A stretch of DNA of 64,000 bases from Tubulanus polymorphus (lineage: Eukaryota > Animalia > Nemertea), in contig NC_134034.1 in assembly GCF_964204645.1 (NCBI RefSeq), positions 6,112,914-6,176,913 on the forward strand. Reading direction: 5' to 3'. This document shows positions 42,601-51,600 of the stretch, piece by piece (position 1 is the stretch's first letter; each line of letters starts with the position of its first letter). A program made the position numbers and the translations under genes. Under the pieces are notes generated by a model. That model saw only the letters and a list, made by a program, of their open reading frames with translations. It was not told the origin of the DNA and did no database searches.

Positions 42601-45600
42601 TCATTGGGTTTTGCATATGGTCACCAGGGGGCGTTGAATAGTAGAATAACTTAGTATTTCCATATTAAATTGGTAACGAGGTATATTTTCACAATCAATT
42701 ACAAAATCATAGCTGCTCACATGTTCTATGATTGTGGTGGGTTTCAAGGTCATTGGTTTTTGTATATGGTCACTAGAGGGCGTTATGTATTGAAATTGTT
42801 AGATTGTTGAGCATTTGAAACCACTTCCCAAGTGAGCATGGTGTCCCTGGACCCCTAGTTTGTTTTGTCGTCCGTGACAATTCATTATTTTGGTTTTATC
42901 GCCGGTGACAATTCAATATTTTGGTTTTAACGCCCGCGACAATTCATTATTGTGGTTTTATCGCCCGCGACAATTCATTATTTTGGTTTTATCGCCCGCG
43001 ACAATTCAATATTTTTGTTTTGTCGCCCGTGACAATTCAATATTTTGGTTTTGTCACCCGCAACAATTCATAATTTTGGTTTTGTCACCCGTGGTTTTGT
43101 CGGAACATTAAGTTTTTTGGTCGAACAGTGTGTTAAGGTCGTTTTGGAAATTTACTCGGTCTGGTATATTTTGGATTACTGTGTATGTCATTTGTCAGGA
43201 CATTAAACAGAAGACGACTTAGGATACTACCTTGCGTGACTCCACTAGTTAAACCGTCTCATTCCAAGATGAGGCGTTCCGTTGATTTCGGTTACAAGTT
43301 TCCGTTCAGAGATAACTGCTGAGCCATTTGGGCGACCTATCATTGATACTGTTTCCTAATAGCCTGTTTAGTAATGGCTGATGTTGAGCCTTATCAAATG
43401 CTTTGTTGAAATCCACCGTTGAACAGGATTCTAAGAATGTGCAGAAAACCCGTTATCGCTGCTTTGCAGCTATATTTGTATATTTTTAATGCTTTATCTG
43501 ACAAAAATCCTTGAATTATAGGTTCAGTTATTGGTTACAATGATCATTTATCATAATAAATATGATATAAGTATATTTTGATTTAGTAAATTAGTGGACA
43601 ATTACACTGTAGAAGGGAGATTTTGATTGTGTAGTTTGTGCTATTTTTAGATGGTATGGGAACAACAATCACGTTTAGTCGTTATGCTAACGACGAAGGT
43701 TGAACGAGGTCGAGTGAAATGTCATCAGTACTGGCCAGATTTATACGAAACTGCCGATTTTGGCACATTACAACTTACCTGCCTCAAAGAACAAGTATCG
43801 TCATCATTTGCATTTAGAGAATTTACGCTCATCAGTATGGAGGTGAGTGGAACTGCGTATATATGCCTCAACTCAAAAACAATATTTGTAGTTGGTAGAT
43901 TTTGTGTGTGTACATAGGCTTGCTTGGCAGGCCCATATTTGCATATCATATTGGTACCTAGGCATTTTTTACCACAATCATTTGCTAAATTGAAGCTTGT
44001 GACATGTTCTGTGATTGCGATGGGTTTCAAAGTTTCATCGGTTTCTGCATATGTTCACCAGGGGGCATTTAAAATTAAGATTACCCGAATATTTGGTTTA
44101 CTTTTGTCAGCAGTATGAGGTTGGCATTGAGCCAATTCATGTAAAATCGCTGTACGTTTTTTTTATGTGAGCATTTTTTTCATTGGTTTAAAGACGTATA
44201 ATCGATGCGATTGAAGACATGACGAACCTCCGTCGATGACATGGTCAACTTTGTTTAAATTCGACGAAAAACTGTTTTTGGGGGGAAAATTCTTAGCTCT
44301 TGCGTATAAAATTGCAATGACCTCGATTGGGGGCGTCGTCTCTACGAGCGAATGTGATTGGCTGTTTTTGGGATATACGGGGAATCCGGCACTACTAAAA
44401 TAATTATGGGAAAGCCATTAATGGCGAACGTTTCATTGGACTAGGTGCCGTATATGTGCGAATTTTAAATGCTCATTGCTGGTGAGAATACAATTATTTC
44501 ACATATCGCCATAGGTATTGTTTCATTTTAATACCCGGTGAATGTGTGGATTGAGATTGAAGTGAACGTTCACTATACAAGGCCTCCACGTGCGCGGGAG
44601 TGCTAACATTAGACTGTTGTGCACACTAACACACGCTCATACAGACTTCTATATGGTGATGCTGTAACCCTGCTTGGCGCGTGCACGTTTGGTATGATAA
44701 GCTGAATAATCGTCGTAGCAGATGAGCGCTGTGTTTTCTGTTTGATAGAATTTGTAATAAATTGTAATTTCTTGTGAATTGAAAATACTAAGCAGCAAAC
44801 TAGAGATATAGGTCGAGGTCTGAATATTGAAGTGGGAAATTCTAGGATTTAAAACGATCTAATACTACGCCCCGGTTTTAGCTTCCGCGGCCATACATTG
44901 GAAAAGGTTTCGTTTCCTAGACTCAATATTCAGCCACCCTCTGATATGTGACATCATCTGAATTTTATTTGAATATTTCTTCATATTGTGAAAAATATTT
45001 CTTTGAAAATATAAAATAGTTTCCAATGCCGCGCCTACCTGTACCCTACGAAATTTTGGACATAGACCATAAACAAATGTTTATCTTTGATCTTATTTGA
45101 CTACAAAATAATTCTTAAAGAAAGTTAGAATACAATATAAACTTCTAGAACTTTGAAGTCACGAATTAAAAAGATTTTTTAAGCAATGCCCTTTCTCCCA
45201 ACAACCTCTAGTTTTCAAGGTAAACCACACTTTGCCCATGGGCAATTTATTTGCATTTCAAACCACTTCCGAAGTGTTCATGGTGTCCTGGGAACTCTAT
45301 TTTTCATTTGCTCCCCAGGTCCCCTAAGCACTGGGGTCCATATTTATGTAGATCACTAATAGTCCTACAGTTATTAATGGATCAAGATGAAACTTGCTAC
45401 CAACAATATGTGGACCAAGACCAAAATTGATTAAGAGGCGTTTTTGGGTTTCGTCCTTAAGGGATGCCTTTAGGAGTGGAGCCCATTTTTCTATGAATCG
45501 CGCCTAGTCCTACAGTTATTTATGGATCAAGGTGCACTTGGTTGCAATTATCTGTGGGTCAAGGTCGAAAATAAAAGAGCCCTCTGCACCATTTCTGGTG

Positions 45601-48600
45601 TTATGATCTTATCCGGTGCTGTTTTCAGGGTAACTTCAGGGAATCTTACAGAGCAGATTTTACAATGAAGGGAAAACTGCATACAAATAATAGCCTCTAT
45701 TGTATACACTTAAATGCTTAACTACATATAGTATACACTTAACTATGCCTCTCGCTGGTCCCTTCATGGCTTCACCATATCTATTGTTATACCTATCATT
45801 CAGGGCAACAATTTGAACAAAAATTGTTAGTTACCTTTCAATTATGGTAGTGTCATTAGTATCGAACGATACTTAATGAGCAGCACAAACAATCTATTCT
45901 GAGAATACCCCCCTTAATGCATATTTTTTTTGTTTCTGCAGTCAAGTGAAGAACGCCATATTAAGCAAATGCAATATATTGCTTGGCCCGATCATGGTGT
46001 ACCAGATGAGTCATCTGACTTCTTAGATTTTGTTCAGCGTGTGCGTAAAAATAGAACTGGAATGCATGAACCAACAATTGTTCATTGCAGGTAGGTATAA
46101 AAAAGAGAAGTACAGGTAATCCCTGAACAAACAGGTCTGAAATTTCAAACTTTACACTATTAATCATTCAAAACATTTGAGAATAAGTGACTCTATGAAT
46201 GAAAAGTCATGGTGATTTTTGGTCTCTTGTCGCTCAAATCAAACAATCTGATGAAAAAAGTGTCTTGGATTATTTTACAGTGCGGGTATTGGACGCACTG
46301 GAGTGCTTATTACTATGGAAACAGCACTTTGCCTTATAGAAGCCAACCAGCCTGTATATCCGCTTGATATTGTAAGACAAATGAGAGATCAACGAGCAAT
46401 GCTTATACAAACAGCTGTAAGTTTTGATTAGTTGAAAATCGGTTGGAATGAAAGTAACAACCATGGGGCTTGACATGATACATGTAAGGATAAACATAGA
46501 TAATCAAGGTTTATGATGTACTGGCAATTATTCATTATTCCATATAATCTTTAGGTGATCGAGTATCCGCATTGTTTGATTCTTCAGCATTTGGAGTTTG
46601 ATGTCTTAGCTTTCACATATCCAGTGCATGCCCTTGAATCAAAGTATTAGAAGCTCCCATTTGGCAATTCTGTCGAAGTCTGATGTGAAGCTGTCTTAAT
46701 TAACATTGGAGAAAACTATGATCTGATTGTTCATGCATTGATTCGTCAGCAATAGGCCTAGCGGTAATTGTCGCTAGCCACATCGCTAATAATTCTTTGA
46801 GAAAGAAATGAGAACTCAAAGCTAACCAATTAGTTTTATTGGCTCGCTTTAGCGAGCCTATGTCAACGGTCTGGCCGACCGATAATCATTCGTATGCTTA
46901 ATACACTACGCTCAGAGCTATTTTTAGCACACACAAACGTAATTTCAGTAGCCTGTAATTTCACTACTAATGGGCGAATTGAACGGATTAAGTAAAAATA
47001 TATTTCGTAATTTATTTTCTTAATGGTGCGAAAAGTTGAAAGCCTTGGGTTTCATATTTTTTGAGAAATTAACCAAAATGTGTCAAACATTTGATTTATT
47101 TGAGCGCGTTTTTTATGCAGCATCCTTAACTGTCCAAAATAACACATGTGAAAATTCGATGCTATTTGCGTCGTAAGAACTTTGGGCTTTCAAAGACGAA
47201 ACCCCCAAAATCTCGGTTATATAATTTGTGTTGACCGTTTGAACTCCATCATGACATCATAGCATTGGTTGAATATGTAAATTAGGTGGATCAGCAGGAA
47301 AAAATGGTGGCACAATTTGAAGAGGTTCATATTCATCATTTCTAGTGCGAATACTGATACTCAAGGCATATGATATAACGATTTATTGTGTGCGATGTGT
47401 TCAATGATTCATCTAGTTTTGAAATCCCGTGCATAAGGTAACGTTGCATCAAGATATCTGATGAAATTCTGGTTTCAAATTGCAGAAATTTACTTCCGTG
47501 TTCGCCACACGGCTGATTCACTGATGATACTGATCAGCTGTTAGCATCGAATTAAGATGAGTCTGATATTGTCTGGAATAATTGTTTTATCATCATTAAT
47601 TGAAGTCATTTTACTGACGTTTGCATTAACGATCGGTTTTGGAGCCTGATTATTTGTATTAGTTTGTAAATCGCGGCATAGTGATGAGCGTTCGTTCGCG
47701 TTGAAAACAGTCATGTACAGTCGCGTATACGATATCACCTTATACTCTCGCGTTCACTGCGTGTATGTATCAGTCAACGCGCGCTACGGTGTATATCGCG
47801 CATAACAACGATTTGTCTTGAGTGAAGATGTAAGCTTGCCTGCATACTAAAAGCAATCCTATCGTGAATTATTAAAAAACATGGCAGTCGATAAACTTTA
47901 TTTCGTCAGTCACTGGCCTCAAATTTGCATAAACTTGGTCACTCATACTTTTAGTTGTTTTATATGTCATTCCAGGGATGTATTAGAATAAACATTAATT
48001 TGTCGAGACAAAAATTCCCATAATCAATTTTTAAAAGATTTCATTCTCGTTAAAAAGTCAGTTATTACTGACCAAAATTATGTCCTTTTTGATATATTTT
48101 TTCTTTTTTGATTTTCAATGAAATGAATTTTTGCGTACTAGTAGCCTACGTGACAAATTTCTTACTTCACACCAGTTTAGCGAGCCACGGGACCATTGGT
48201 CCTTTATAACTGATCTTAAGCCCACTTGGGACTAAAGTCCTGGCGCACATCCTGTGAGTATTAAATGTCATCATATCAGTTGAAATACATCATCCACGTG
48301 ATAGGAAGCCATTTGAATGCCATTGCAACGATAAACAATGCGCATTTTATCTTTCAGAAATTCCAAACAATTTGAACAATTTTAAATGTAAAAAACAACA
48401 CCTTTTCAGGGAATGGTAATCGGTTGTGGAATGAGTGTGACTTATTTCATAGTTCAAACTGGTTTTCAGGATCATACTGTTACAAATCGATTTTTAATGA
48501 GGATTCTGAATTTGCACATTTCCATTAACAGTTAAGTTCTTGTTTAAACTAGTTCACATCAATGTCTAAATCAGCCATCTTTTATTTTCAGAGTCAGTAC

Positions 48601-51600
48601 AAGTTTGTATGCGAGGCAATTCTAAGAGTTTATCACGGTACGTCTTCTCAAATGAATGGAAATCGTGGACGAGAAACCATCATATGACACAACCGAAAAG
48701 TGGCGGTGAGAGAAACCGTCATGTCTATTGCTTAGCTAGCAGGTTAATTTTTTTCTGAAAGGAGGGTGGGAAATACACTTTTTCCAATTATATCATCAGC
48801 TTTGAGGTGTGCTTCATAAAGTATGAATGCAAAGATCCATAAGATGTGAACCAAAAAAATACTTAGAATTTCTTTTGTGTTTGAACCTTCATTGTTTGAT
48901 ATATATGGTGTCAATCCATGTCCGTGTGTACATACTTTTTAAGCACTGTTGAGCCACTTTCTCTTTATCAAAATACTTGTCTTAGTATTACAAAAGCACA
49001 TTTCTTTCTTTACTTCTTTGGATCAAGATGTGTATATATGTTATGATAATATTCGTATGGTGGTAGATCCATGATTTCACATTATACTAGTAGTCCACGT
49101 ACATGTAGTTTAGTTTTCCAGTTGCACGCCATCCTTTGTATCTTTGAATATGATTATGAAATGCTCCTCGCTTCACTGTGCAGAGATGAGAATTCCATCC
49201 GCAGTTTCCCACAGATTTAAGTATTGAAAAATATAATTTTTCAAAATAGTCCAAAATGATATAAAAGTACAGGGTTGGGGTTGGGGGTGGGGGTGGTGGG
49301 TGATGATGGCCTCACTCTCGATTGGTAATCGGATGAACTGAAAAGGCGTTCAGCGCCTGTTTAACTTGTCGTGTATTGCATTTCAATGCGTATTCATTGC
49401 AACACAGATTTTGTATCTACTACGATGTGTATGTATTTTATCGATCAGTTGCTGACACGTGCACGCAGCAACAGTAGTAATGTATTAGGCCTATAAGCCT
49501 ACTACTGTTGCTGTGCGCGTACGTGGCAAATGCCTTCAGATATACACTGTGATGAATTTTAGTGAGCATTTATCGGCGCATTTAAACAGCAATAATTCAG
49601 GCCTCGACCCATAATGCGTGAGATGCTGATTATCATCGAATGAGGATGTGCCACATTGGAAATAGCCATTACCTTCCAAAATATGATAGTCGTTCATGGT
49701 TTCAAGATCGCTCTAATTGCTCGGAAAACACTTTTAATTTCTAAAAAACAAGCTTTCCAAATTGTCCAGATCTGTTGAGAAATTGATAGAGGTGGATGGT
49801 TTGCTGTGTCTGGCATTATGTTTCGGCTCAAACGAGTATTTTAGCATGCGACGGTACTTCGCCCAAAAACTTTCGTTTTGTGCTGCCATCTGTTATTGCC
49901 GATATAAACTACTGTGAAAAAATAACCAGTTCGCGCTGCCATCTAGAATTGAAACAAGGCTGTGCAGGAAATCATGCTGGTTACCCCCACTTTGAGCTTA
50001 GTGCCTATGTTGCAGTTTAGCTGCAATTTCAGTAATTAACAAATTGTCATCAAAAGTCCCGCTTTTTTCATAATCCCTGGCCAGTGTAGCTCAAGAAAAA
50101 TACTGCGGATTTCATCAGCGTTCTCATCCCTGACTTTTTGATAATGTTAGATAAAATCGGTGTGGATGTTCTATGGACATGAGTCTACAAATTATGCAAT
50201 GATTATGTAAATTAAGTCCATACCAAGGGTTATGTTAAACTCTTTCGCCATATTTGAGAATGCATGATGTGTGCGTGTAGTACTTGCCCAGAGAATAATC
50301 TATTTGATTAACAAATTAATTATATGATTGTTTTATTTTGCTACTCCATTGGCCATTTGAGGTATTATGGAATTAAATTTTTTGGGGTTTTATTCGACTC
50401 CATCAGAAAAATCCCTATTGTATGTAGTAATTGTTATTATTTCTTTGCCCTTTTCCAGACGGCGAATCTTTAAAAAATGACTGATTTGACTAGTAACAGT
50501 TTCCGAATGTAATGTTCAATTATGAAATATAACATTAATTCCAAACCAGTAGATTCTGTAAATGTACTGTCCATCTATTTCAAAACTCAAATTACTAACA
50601 AAACCAACTGCAATACAGAGTTGCTATGATTGTGGTACTCACCAGACTTGATAGTCTAGCGATAGAGCATTGGCTTGGTGACATGATCGAATCTCAGTGA
50701 ATCCTTTTTTGTTCATCAATGAAATAAGGATGGATCCGTTCATTTAGATTGATTACAGATTGAGTCCAAAGTCATTGATAATTTAATGCTTAATAACTAT
50801 CGATAAAAGACCTTCTGTGACTTGAATCGCTTTCCCAATAATGATCACTAATGACGCCTATCATTCAAACGGACTACTTACATCATCTATCCTCGCTGTA
50901 TCAAAGAAGTATTCACTTGAGTAGTAATCTGTACAAGCTGGTATTGATAACAGCCTGATACCTGGACCTTTCAATCCAGGAAGAAAGACACTCTAAATAT
51001 TTGGATGGATATACGAAAGCTGTGGGTACTGGAGTGTTTAATGGGTAGTGTAGTGCGATCTGTGTGCATTTGTGGCCAGCACACAGATCACATTGTTCAA
51101 TGGGGTTTGGTCCAGGACTCGCGAGATTTTCAACAACACGGAAGTAACGTGTAATAAATGATGACTTGAATTGCATGACTACCTACCACCCCTCATTATT
51201 GTTGGAAAACTAAACGTTCGGCACTGACTAAAAATTAGTAATAACATTTTAGAAATGGTCAGAATTTTAACTTAGGTTCTATCTCATTTTTATTTTACAA
51301 TTGCGATTGGTATAATTCTTTTTTAAAACGGCCGTTAAGGCTTCATGTTTCGTCTGCAATTCACTGCAAATAGTTACGCAACTATGCACATTTCAGTGTT
51401 TTTGGCAGCTGTACACTCAATCGGCACCGTACGTGACTAGCTTCACTGCGGAATTATCATTAATTAACATCGCCATATCACATCATCAACTTATATTGTG
51501 CCTTAAACCCCTAACAGCCGAAATAATTGAAATGCACACACGATTTCTATCATTGAAAATTGAGAAAGTGGCCATGTTTGTGTTTGGAATCTATTGATTT

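Larger units (their letters stand above)
41137..43105. repeat. 31-bp minisatellite (GACAATTCATTATTTTGGTTTTGTCGCCCGC), split by a 1.37-kb insertion
   Basis: About 11 units at 41137-41485 and about 8 units at 42862-43105. Confidence 0.9.
39393..43477 (+). mobile_element. Helentron-associated (HINE/DINE-1-like) non-autonomous element, family A, with nested insertion
   Basis: 5' hairpin TAGGGTTTTCTGT..ACAGAAAACCCTA, (TTA)n microsatellite, internal 31-bp minisatellite, 3' subterminal IR CAGAAAACCC plus GCTGC-TTT-GCAGC stem-loop. Confidence 0.7.

Noticed and set aside
41137-43105. Palindromic 31-bp repeats resembling a CRISPR array
   Set aside because: The units are head to tail with no unique spacers, there are no cas genes, and the context is a eukaryotic intron.
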